NCBI GenBank assembly: GCA_047967505.1 | Contig: CM106538.1 | DNA from: Dipteris shenzhenensis | Taxonomy: Eukaryota | DNA: 64,000 nucleotides | Direction: 5' to 3' (one strand) | Part shown: positions 51,901-62,000 of the stretch, one piece after another | Layout: each line of letters opens with the position of its first letter | Position numbering within the stretch: position 1 is the stretch's first letter | Position numbers and translations under genes: made by a program | The notes under the pieces: model-generated | Databases searched by the model: none | What the model was told of the DNA's origin: nothing | The model's input: only the letters and a program-made list of their open reading frames with translations

Positions 51901-53077
51901 GATCTACATGCAGCAATTAGAAGGATTTGCAGTCAAGAACAAGGAGTCACTTGTATGCAAGCTTAAAAAGAGCCTTTACGGGCTGAAACAGGCACCAAGG
52001 GAATGGTATAAGAAATTTGATACCTTCATGAAGTCTCAAGGTTTCAGGAGAAGTGATGACGATCACTGCTTATATACCAAAAGGGCTGCCAATGGCAGCT
52101 TAATCATTCTCATTTTATATGTGGATGACATGCTTATTGCTGGTACAGCTCGTAAGGAGCTTGATGAACTTAAGAAAAGACTGCATGAGGCCTTTGATAT
52201 GAAGGACCTTGGTGATGCAAATCACATATTGGGAATGCGGATACGGAGAGACAGGGGACAGCGTTTGTTGTATTTGTCTCAGACCGAATATATTGGCAAA
52301 GTATTACACTGGTTTCATATGGAGGATGGGAAAACTCTTAGTTCTCCATTGCCTCCGTATGTGAAACTCAGTGCAATGGACAGCCCACACTCAGATGCTG
52401 AGAGGGCTGAAATGTCCAAGATTCCGTATGCTTCAGCTTGTGGCAGTCTCATGTATGCCATGGTTGCTACCAGACCTGATATTGCTTTTGCAGTGGGAGT
52501 GGTTAGCAGGTATATGGCAAATCCAGGCAAGAAGCATTGGAATGCAGTGAAAGGTATCATGAGATACCTGAAGGGCACACAGAAGTTGTGCATATGCTTT
52601 GGCAAGCGAGATGCAAAGGTGCATGGTTATGTGGATTGAGATTTTGCTGGTCATCCCGATAACCGGAAGTCTACTACCGGTTATGTTTATACATTTACTG
52701 GAGGTGCAGTGTCATGGATGTCAAGGATGCAGCAGTGCATAGCCTTGTCTACTACGGAAGCTGAATATATTGCAGCCACAGAGGCATGCAAAGAGGCCTT
52801 ATGGTTATCTCGGCTAGTGGAAGATTTGGGCATTACAGGTGATATCCCATTGTTGCATTGTGACAGTCAGAGTGCTATTCAGTTGGCACACAATCCTGTC
52901 TTTCATGCAAAGACAAAGCACATTGATGTAAAGTATCACTTCATCAGGGAGGTGATAGATGATAAGCTGATTCAGCTTGTCAAGATTCACACAGATGATA
53001 ATCCAGCAGATCTGTTGACAAAAGGCTTGCCAGTAGAGCGCTTTGCACACTGCAGACAGTTGATGGGTATAGGTTGA
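48974..53077 (+). CDS. Copia gag-pol polyprotein with one in-frame TGA at 52637-52639
   Basis: CYYCGKKGHTKKQC, WIIDSGAS, VHTDVC, SDNGGEY, LYVDD, then GYVD*DFAG, continuing in the same frame through KTKHIDVKYH to 53077. Confidence 0.93.
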
Positions 53078-53629
53078 GCCTCATTTATATTTACTTGAGG
53101 GCATATTGCCTTTAAGTGGGAGGTTGTTGGGGTAAAGGCTCTATGGCCACCCAAGTACAGTTAAGTACACTTAGTACTTTATTTGTTTAGTACACTAAGT
53201 ACACCGTACTTAGTGTTGTAACCTTATCCTTTTCATATAAAAGCTTTACTGTGTACTAGGGGAGGTACACACATATGTTTTATCCCCACACCTCTTGTTG
53301 CCTATTCTGTGTGTGTGTGTGTGTGCTCTCACACTCTCCCTATCAAATGCTAACTGGGGCTCCAGCTCATGTCTGACCATTATGCATACCCCTGAGTAGG
53401 TATTGGTACCAGCATAATATATATCATAGCCGCCAAAGTGATCATGATGACCAGAGTGTTGATTATGCTCTTGCAAACAAACAATATCTGGCTGCATTTT
53501 ATGTACATAATTCGAGAAAAGCCTCCACTTTGAGACATTGCAGAGGCTCTGTACATTGTATGTAAAGCACTTAAGTGTTTGATGCATGAAAGAGATATAT
53601 ACAGGAAAGTATAAGTATGAAACAAGATA

Positions 53630-54862
53630 TCAGAGAGGCAAAGCCTCTGCCTGCATGGGTTGCAGGCTTTCATGATCCATAAAAGATATGGCATTCTCCC
53701 CTTCTTCAGAATCACATATGGGAATACCCTTCTTCAAAACCCCCACCCAATTTTGAAGGACAGGAGCTGAAGTGGAAGCCTGTCCTGGTAAGGGAGAGGA
53801 AGCATCCCATTGCCGAGATTGAAAGGGGCGTTGCTTCAATACAACCACCTTCTTAGGCCGTTGAAAACCATCCCGATCTGTCCCCACAGGTTCCTTCATC
53901 TTCTCTTTTTCTTTTTCTTTCCCTTTTCCAACAAGTGATTGCACCTGATTAATTGGTTTAACATTCTTTGCTCCATTTCGATTTGCTGCCTTGGCTTGCA
54001 AATTCTCATTCTTTTCCCTTGTCTGAGGCGGCAAGGCATTAGGAGGGGGTTGATGCAGTACCATTGGGCATTCATAGGCTAGATGCCCAAACTTATGGCA
54101 GGCAAAGCAAGCGCCTGCAAATACGCCCCATTTTAAGTCAAAAAACTTTTTCCCCAATTGCACACCCTCAACTTCCACTGCAATAGAAGGAGGGGTAGGT
54201 GTGTCAGTGTCCCAGAGGATGCAAAATCTGTTACGATTTCCCATGGGGCGTGGAGGACAAATGACCTGTCCCAATGAAGCAGCCAGGCCAGGCAATTCTT
54301 CATGCATATAATCCGGGAAGTTAACAACCTCAACCCATACAGGACAATGATGGCGTATAAGACTTTGGTAGTCCTTGTTTGGGAACCAAGGCATGGCATG
54401 TACCATCTGCTTCCCGTAGAAAACGAGAGAAAGCTCAAGGAGCCTTTGCTTGCACAAAGCATCTGATAAATGCACCTCATAAAATCCTATGGAGGCAAAG
54501 TAGACACCCTCTACAAAACATCCTCCAAGGATAGACTTGATCCATTGCGCAACATCACTGGCGGCTGGAATTCTTCCTGGAAAGAAAATAATTACCGAGG
54601 TTTGAGATAGCTTTCTGAGAGGATTCACAAGGGAGGGCAATTTCAATTTGTATGTGACCTCCGGAATTGGTTTGCCCCATTCCTGTCGTGACTGCTGAAA
54701 GTCATCCTTAAGTGTATCAAACACATATTGAGCCTCCATAGTAAGCTCATCATCCTGTGAAGCAGGCTGAGAAGGACGACGCTTGGCATCTGTAGATCTG
54801 TCTTTTCTAGCATATGTACAGACATCGGGACCTGAAGCCATGATTGAGATATGGCAAGGCAA
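53630..54862 (-). CDS. LINE ORF1, 410 aa, open, with CCHC knuckle
   Basis: PVWVEV motif typical of plant L1 ORF1; CFACHKFGHLAYEC. Confidence 0.85.
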   Translation of the reverse strand: MPCHISIMASGPDVCTYARKDRSTDAKRRPSQPASQDDELTMEAQYVFDTLKDDFQQSRQEWGKPIPEVTYKLKLPSLVNPLRKLSQTSVIIFFPGRIPAASDVAQWIKSILGGCFVEGVYFASIGFYEVHLSDALCKQRLLELSLVFYGKQMVHAMPWFPNKDYQSLIRHHCPVWVEVVNFPDYMHEELPGLAASLGQVICPPRPMGNRNRFCILWDTDTPTPPSIAVEVEGVQLGKKFFDLKWGVFAGACFACHKFGHLAYECPMVLHQPPPNALPPQTREKNENLQAKAANRNGAKNVKPINQVQSLVGKGKEKEKEKMKEPVGTDRDGFQRPKKVVVLKQRPFQSRQWDASSPLPGQASTSAPVLQNWVGVLKKGIPICDSEEGENAISFMDHESLQPMQAEALPL

Positions 54863-54939
54863 GGGAGAAATAGAGTGAAAGACAAAGCACTTAGAGAAAA
54901 CGTATGGAGAGGCACAGGGAGAAGATGCAGATCAGTATG

Positions 54940-55360
54940 GCAAAGGCTGTACGGAGAAGCTGTACGGAAGGGATAGGTGTACGGAACGTCAGAATGACCT
55001 GTACGGAAAGACTGTATGGAAAGACCTGTACGGATGGCTGTACGAAACAGCTGGAGAAAATGTACGAAAATTACTGTATGGACGAAGACTTGTTGTACGG
55101 GAAAAGCTGTACGGAGAAACCTGTACGGAACAGCGGGAAAAGAAACACAGGGATTCTGTACGGACAGAGGGTGCTCACGAAAAAGTACGGAATTGTACAG
55201 GAAGGAGCAGGGTGGTACGGGGAGGCTGGGTGCACGGAAGGTGTCACGTCGTACAGCAAGGCTGACAAGAGACGTACGATACGTACGGAAAGACAGCGGG
55301 GTGTACGGGCCTGCACGCCGGAAGAGTCCGTACGGCGATCGTATGGACGTACGGACGGAG
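54940..55360 (-). repeat. TGTACGG/CCGTACA motif array in the LINE 5' UTR
   Basis: About 20 GTAC in about 420 bp by hand count, mostly as TGTACGG. Confidence 0.88.
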
Positions 55361-55439
55361 GGGGAGAAACCTAGGAGGGTAGCGGACACCTTCGTCTCAC
55401 CGTCTCTCTCCTTCACGTCGTCTCTCTCACACACCAACA

Positions 55440-55441
55440 CA

Positions 55442-55479
<38 letters not shown>
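55440..55479. repeat. (CA)n microsatellite at the LINE 5' junction
   Basis: Direct reading. Confidence 0.95.
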
Positions 55480-55480
<1 letters not shown>

Positions 55481-56028
55481 GCGCGTATACTTCCCCAACT
55501 ATGAATTATTCTTTCATGCACCCCCGTGAAATCTTCCCTTTACACTTTTTTTTTAACCACCCCACACACCAAGCCCACTAATCATCCCATACCTCATCTA
55601 ATTCCTTCTTAACCCATGCACTCATTCGCTACTTCTCCACTCATGACTTAAACTTCACCTGTGGGTTAAATTTTTTTAAACTATCTAAGAATCCATACGG
55701 TTGTCTATATTCCTAGGTAAAGTAATAATAAGCTGGGGAAAACATGCATTACATGTCTACCCAAACGTAACTATGATGTTCTAACATCTAGTTTGTTTGG
55801 ATGATGGCAGGTAAGTGGACCTTGACCTTGGAACCTGGACTGTCTGAGGATTCGACATCATTTTTCAATATTATGTTTATCAAACTCAATATTATTAAAA
55901 ATTCTTAATTGTGACCGAAATTTTTGTAAACTCTAGTTATTGCAGTTTTCAACTTAGATGTCTCAAACATTTTTTCCTTATATGTTTTCCTTTTTTTTAC
56001 ATTTTATCCAATTGAGTCCCACCAATGG

Positions 56029-59000
56029 TGTGGTCCTTTGATCTTACCACAAGATACTTCTCCTATCTGCTGGCTATCTCTAGACTCGAGCCCGCGTGCT
56101 CCACCTCAAGCGTCAGTAGACTTTCCATCCAAAGATCCAAACACCTCGCTGCCCTAGAAGACAGCCAAGGTCCAGCCCTAGATGAACTCTGTCTGCAGCA
56201 ACTCCTAGTCTCCTCTGCCTCCTGGATGTAGGCCTGAGGGTGTGAGTGTAGCTGCTCCTGCTGCTCCTCTGATGGCTGAGCTGTTGAATGATTTGTGAGG
56301 CCTAGGGCCTCCCCTTTTATAGGCCCCAAGGCCTGCTGCAAAAACCGACTGGCAGACCCCTAAATGGCCGACTTTCTGTCTGCCTTAAAACCAACCTGGT
56401 TGGCTTCCCCTATTAGCCGAACCAGGGCTTATATAAGAGTCTTCTCTAGGCCCTTTTTCAGCCTTTGTTCCAGGGATTCAGCCCCCTTGGCCAGCCCATC
56501 TCCAGGCCTGATTTGTTGGCTCCAACCAGACCCACCAGCCTCAGCCAATGGCCGACCCAGGGGCTGTTGCTCCCTTCCTCTGGGCATACCTTGCCGTAGG
56601 TCTCCCTCACCCATGCTCCCCTCATTTGGGGGCTTATAGATGGGGAGGTGACCTTTCCAACACCCCCTCTCACCGACACCTCTCGGCCTAATGCCAACAC
56701 GTTGATGACGATGCTCCAGTAACTCCTTGGTCGTAGTCCTCTGGAAAATTTTGGTGTCAAAATCTTTTCCTGGCTTTTCATCTAGTGGCTCCTGCTCCAC
56801 TAGGTCTGGTTCCGCTTCCGCACAACACCCTAGTACAGAGGTCCATCTCTGGTATCACCTCTTGGCACCACCTCGTTCAGTCACGTTCCTGCCTTTGAAC
56901 TCGAGCAATCCGGCCGTGACGATCTTCCAGTTGTCTCCCTCATAATGAGTGAACAACCTGCAGTCTTTGAGGGTTTGTTTCAACCCGTCCTTCTTTTGGC
57001 AAGGTTTGCAACCAATGAATATTTCCAGATAACATGGACCATGAACTCTAGTTGAGTTCTCAAGCAGGTACTCTTCCGGCTTCAGTACTCTTTTTTGATC
57101 ACGTTCTAGCAATCTGCGTCCGAGATTTAAAGAAGCACAAATAGTTCCCCTTCCTCCTTCAAAGAAGGCCAATTCCTTCCAATCTTGTATCTCCTGAGAA
57201 AAATGAAGAGTAGAGTCTCTCCACAGCATGCTATAAAGGCTTAAATGCAAAATATCAAGTACATACCAGACTGTTGTACTGCCTGTGTGTTTGCTCTGAA
57301 AGCAAACTGTGTACCTCATCGAGGCACTCACCAAGAGCTTGTGTAATCCTGTGCTGTCCCCTTCTAAAGTACAGCATCCATCTGAGCATGAGACCCCAGG
57401 GCCCTCCATGGAATCCACCCTCATGTTAGTGACAACAGCCACGCCCTTGGAAGCTACCAAGCGCTCCATGCTGTCCTTCACCTTCACAAAGGCATCTTGT
57501 CAGATATCAATGCTCCACTCTTGTGTAACTACGCGGGAACCAGCTAACTCTACTTGTAAGCCCCCCATATGAGGAGAAGGCATTTGAGTAGCTCGGTTAT
57601 CTGGTAGGTCCTGGTTTGGACACGAGATGGGGGCCATGTGTGGCCTGATGGTTGGACGGAGTTGGCACACTGCCAACTAGGCTACATGCAAGTGCGGGAA
57701 GGCATCCCATGACTGGCCGCATTGAGGGTAGACGGAGCATTTCTCGGGGCAGCCCACTCTCGGGTTGCGGGGCCCGTTTGGAGCCCCAGATAATCCCGGA
57801 TGGCTCTATTTTACGCCACGGTTCTATCGTGTGGTCGGTGGCCTATTTCAAGACCGACCCCCAGTCAGCCGTTTTGGGCGGACTGGGTCGGTCACCCAAT
57901 TGGGTCTAACCGACTACGACTAGTGGCTATATAAGAGCAAGCCCGTGAAGCCCATTTCATCACTAGCTACAGCAACCCTGATTCCTTAGCATCCAGCCTC
58001 CGTCCTCTACTGTTTTCATTATGCCATCGAAGCTTCTCTCAGAGGAGCGCACGGTTGGGAGGTAGCGCCATCTATTGTATCAGTTCTACAGTAGTCAAAT
58101 TTTTGATTACCCATACTATCTGCTTTTCTCTCTTGCATACAAGATGCTATTATCTGTTGAGCACAGACGTCGTATTATTTTCTTACATGGTATCAGAGCC
58201 TAGACTCTAGCAAGAAGATTTGGTAGTGTATTTCTGTTTGCGAGCAGATTGTGAGAGATGGCCCAGTTCGCAAGAGTGCGAATCCCACTGTTCGGCGAAA
58301 GCGAAAAGTTGGACGGCACTAACTATCCACTCTGGAAGTTCAAGATGAAGACCATCCTAAGCGCATACGAGCTTTGGGATACTGCTACTAGGGTGGACGT
58401 GAAGCCGGTTGCGAGACCGGATCCAGCCAATGCAGGACAACAGATAGTACCAACTGCAGATGAGATTCTCGCGTGGACAAGAAGCAATGCAGATGCGCTG
58501 TGTTCTATTGTCTGCAATGTAAGTGACTCTATCATGGCATTAATTCAACATGTCACCACAGCGGAGGAGGCATGGACGGTCTTGAAAAATCAGTACGAGA
58601 CCACGAATCAGACGCGGATTCAAAATCTGGAGACTCAACTCGCGAACAAGAAACTGTTGAGTCTGAAGCAGCAGAGAAGTTCATCACCAGGGTAAAGAAT
58701 CTGCGCGATCAGATGACTGCGATTGGCATCACCATCACCAGCGAGAATCTAGCACGAAGGTGCATACGGATTCTCCCACCAAAGTATGACGGTCTTGTTA
58801 TGGTGTTGAATACGCAGAACAGAAATCCGACCCTCAACTTTGAGGATTTCAGCGCGATGCTTCTGGAGAAGGAGATGCGTCAAAAGACGAGGACTGGAGA
58901 AAGATTCGGCTTTCTCGGCTGGATCAAAGAAAGGTAAGGGTAAGGACTCTGGTAACCCATCTTCTTTTGATGATAAAAAGAGAAAGAAGAAGATCAAGTG

Positions 59001-62000
59001 CTTTTATTGCAACAAGGCATGGCATAAGCAGAATGAGTGCTGGAAGAAGATTGCAGATGAGAAGAACAGAGTAAAGAAAGAGTTCAGCAACAGCGCGCGG
59101 ACTGTATCAATAGAGCTGTTCGTAGCAATTGAGGAGATTTGCACGGAGGCAATTCATGCACCTGCGGATGAACCTTGGATTATTGATAGTGGTGCATCGC
59201 GCCACATGACCCGTCTGATAACCCATCTTCTTCTGATGATAAAAAGAGAAAGAAGAAGATCAAGTGCTTCTATTGCAACAAGGCATGGCACAAGCAGAAT
59301 GAGTGCTGGAAGAAGATTGCAGATGAGAAGAACGGAGTAAAGAAAGAGTCCAGCAACAGTGGGTAGACTGTACCAATGGAGCTGCTCGTAGCAATTGAGG
59401 AGATTTGCACGGAGGCAGTTCATGTACTTGCGGATGAACCTTGGATTATTGACAGTGGTGCATCGTGCCACATGACCAGTCGGAAGGATTGATTTACCTC
59501 TCTACAGCCGGTAGCGAATGACATCCTGGTAGCAGTCGGCAGTGATGCAAAATGTCGAGCAAAAGGAAAAGATACGATTGCTCTCAAGTCAGATGGAGTT
59601 GTAAAACAGTTGTCCGATGTTCTTTATGTGCCAGATATCAAGAGGAACTTGTTGTCCGTTGTTGCGATCATGGATCGGGACCTCAAAGTTCAATTCAATA
59701 AGAATGGTGCACAGATCTTGGATCTTCAAGGAAAGGTTGTTGGTAAAGGTATACGGCGCAACTTCTACGAACTCTCGGCTTTTAGTGCTCGAGCGGATGT
59801 GAAGAACACTAAGCTGTGGCATGAGAGGTTTGGTCATCTAAACCTTAGTTCTTTAAAGGAGATGCATAAAAGTGGAATGATTGTGACCTACCAAAAATTT
59901 CAAATCTGCTCGATGTTGTATGTGAAGCTTGCATGATGGGCAATCAGCATCGGCAGCCCTTTCCTAAAGACGCCAGCAGGGCAAAGGCTCCTCTAGAGCT
60001 CGTTCATAGGGACCTCTGCGGAAAGATGGAGACGGAAGCTTTGGGTGGTTCCTACTACTTCATGACGTTGCTCGACGACTACAGTAGAAGGATATGGATA
60101 TACTTCCTGAAGACTAAAGATGAGGCCTTTAGTAAGTTCAAAGAATGTCATGTAATGGTTGAGAAAGAAACAGGGAGGAAGGTGAAGAAGTTGAGATCAG
60201 ACAGAGGTGGAGAGTTCACATTAACTGAATTCGAAAGTCACTGCAAAAGTCACGGGATCAAGAGGCAGAAACCCCTGCCACATACATCACCGAAAAATGT
60301 AGTAGCAGAACTCAAGATGCGCGTCATGTGCGAAATGGGCAGGAGTATGATGAAAGGGAAAGATATGCCAAAGACTTTTTGGGCTGAAGCATGTAACACG
60401 GCAGTTTACATTCTGAATCGTAGCTACACGAAGGCTGTGAACGGAATGACACCACTACAGGCCATTTCTGGTAAGAAACCTTCAGCTGCACATTTCAGAG
60501 TTTTTGGATGTGACTATTTTGTGCATGCCCCTGATGCTAACATGACCAAATGGGAACCGAAGAGCCGGAAATGTTTTTTCTTGGGCTACAGTGAAGAGGC
60601 GAAGGGTTACCGTCTCTATAATCGTGTTACCAAGAAGGTAATAGTAAGTCGCGATGTGGTCTTCTCAGAACAGCCGCATCAATTGGAGGAGGATGCTTCC
60701 TTCCCAAACAACCAGGACCAGGATATCCATCCAGCACAACCATCAACAGCAGACCGAACTCCCTCAACGGTGCTTGGGAGGATTCAAGATAAAGAAGATG
60801 AAGAAGAGCCTGCGGAACCACAACGGCAACGACCATTCCCGAAGTGGGTAAAGCAGCTTTGGGACGGCAGAGAACCTCCAGCCATTGAGGAGGAACCATC
60901 CGAACACCGCCGGTCCAAGAGATTAGAGAAGCAAAGAAGGGCGCATGAACACTTGGTCAACTACGCTTTGATGATAGAGGTGATCCGTGGTGATGAACCC
61001 AAGTGTCTTGAAGAGGCACAGGGTGATGATAGGTGGATGGAGGCTATGCAGTCGGAGTATGGCTCCATAATGAAGAACAACACTTGGGACCTTGTGGATC
61101 GTTCACCAAAATGCAAGATAATTGGCACCAAGTGGGTGTACAAGACCAAGTACAAGTCCGATGGCACGTTGGATAAGTACAAGGCTTGGCTCGTGGCAAA
61201 AGGATTCGCACAGGTATATGGTTTTGATTATCAGGATACTTTTGCTCCCACAGCTCGACTAACCACAATTCGCAGTGATTTGGCTTTAGCAGCCCAGGGA
61301 AGTTGGCCCGTGTTTCAGATGGATGCAAAATCCACCTTTCTGAATGGAGATCTTAAGGAGGAGGTATACGTGGAATAACCACCAGGTTTTGTGATCCTCG
61401 GTTCAGAAGGTAAAGTCTGTAAACTGAAGAAGATACTTTATGGGCTGAAACAGGTCCCACGAGCGTGGTACCAGTGAATTGATGCCTACTTTCTGCAAAA
61501 CGGGTTCAAGAGGAGCCCATCTGATGCAAATTTGTATATCTTCAGAGAAGGAGGGAGGTGTATGATCGTGGTCCTTTATGTGGACGACCTTGTCATAACA
61601 GGGAACCATGAAGAGAAGATTTCGCAGACAAAGCATTTGCTAGGAAGAGAGTTTGAAGTGACAGACCTCGGACTGATGCATTTCTGTTTGGGGATTAAAG
61701 TTTGGCAAGAGCCAAAACAGATCTTCATTTCACAGCTGAGGTATGCTGGAGAGATACTGAAGGCATTTGGCATGGCTGAGTGCAAGACAGTTGGCACCCC
61801 TATGGAGGTTGACGTGAAGCTCTCAAACGAGGATTCATCACCACTGGTAGACGAAGCGAAGTACAGAAGGCTTGTGGGCAGCTTGATTTACTTGTGCAAC
61901 ACGCGGCCGAACATCAGTTTTGCGACTGGTGTACTAAGCAGGTTTTCCAATAAGCCCCGGGAGAACCATTGGAGGGCAGGGATGCGGGTGCCATTGTCAT

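Larger units (their letters stand above)
47304..53347 (+). mobile_element. Very young Ty1/copia element C3
   Basis: LTRs 47304-47524/6 and 53125-53345/7 identical by eye; PBS 47529-47540; PPT AAGTGGGAGG; TSD TGCTA (or AATGCTA). Confidence 0.96.
43700..53587 (-). pseudogene. LINE ORF2 (EN-RT-zinc finger), split by C3 and frameshifted
   Basis: Pieces at 53348-53587, 46018-47303, 44612-46009 and 43912-44649; the frame is restored across C3 (PQLAF-NDNSGRW). Confidence 0.88.
43654..55439 (-). mobile_element. Full-length L1-type LINE interrupted by copia C3
   Basis: ORF1 53630-54862; ORF2 with APE endonuclease (YNVQSL, CLQEH, CGDFN, RIDR, SDH), RT (RQGCP, YADD) and C-terminal CLRC...HLLWHC; A11 tail at 43656-43666; candidate TSD CACTCACACACACAC at 43639-43653 and 55440-55454. 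Confidence 0.92.

Noticed and set aside
54643-55521. Long overlapping ORFs in the LINE 5' UTR (similar ones at 25158-25787 and 47425-48160)
   Set aside because: They arise from stop-poor motif arrays and show no protein motifs.
55790-55816. GGCAG|GTAAGT, a possible further ICS exon
   Set aside because: The upstream translation does not give the expected FDRG.YAGP sequence.
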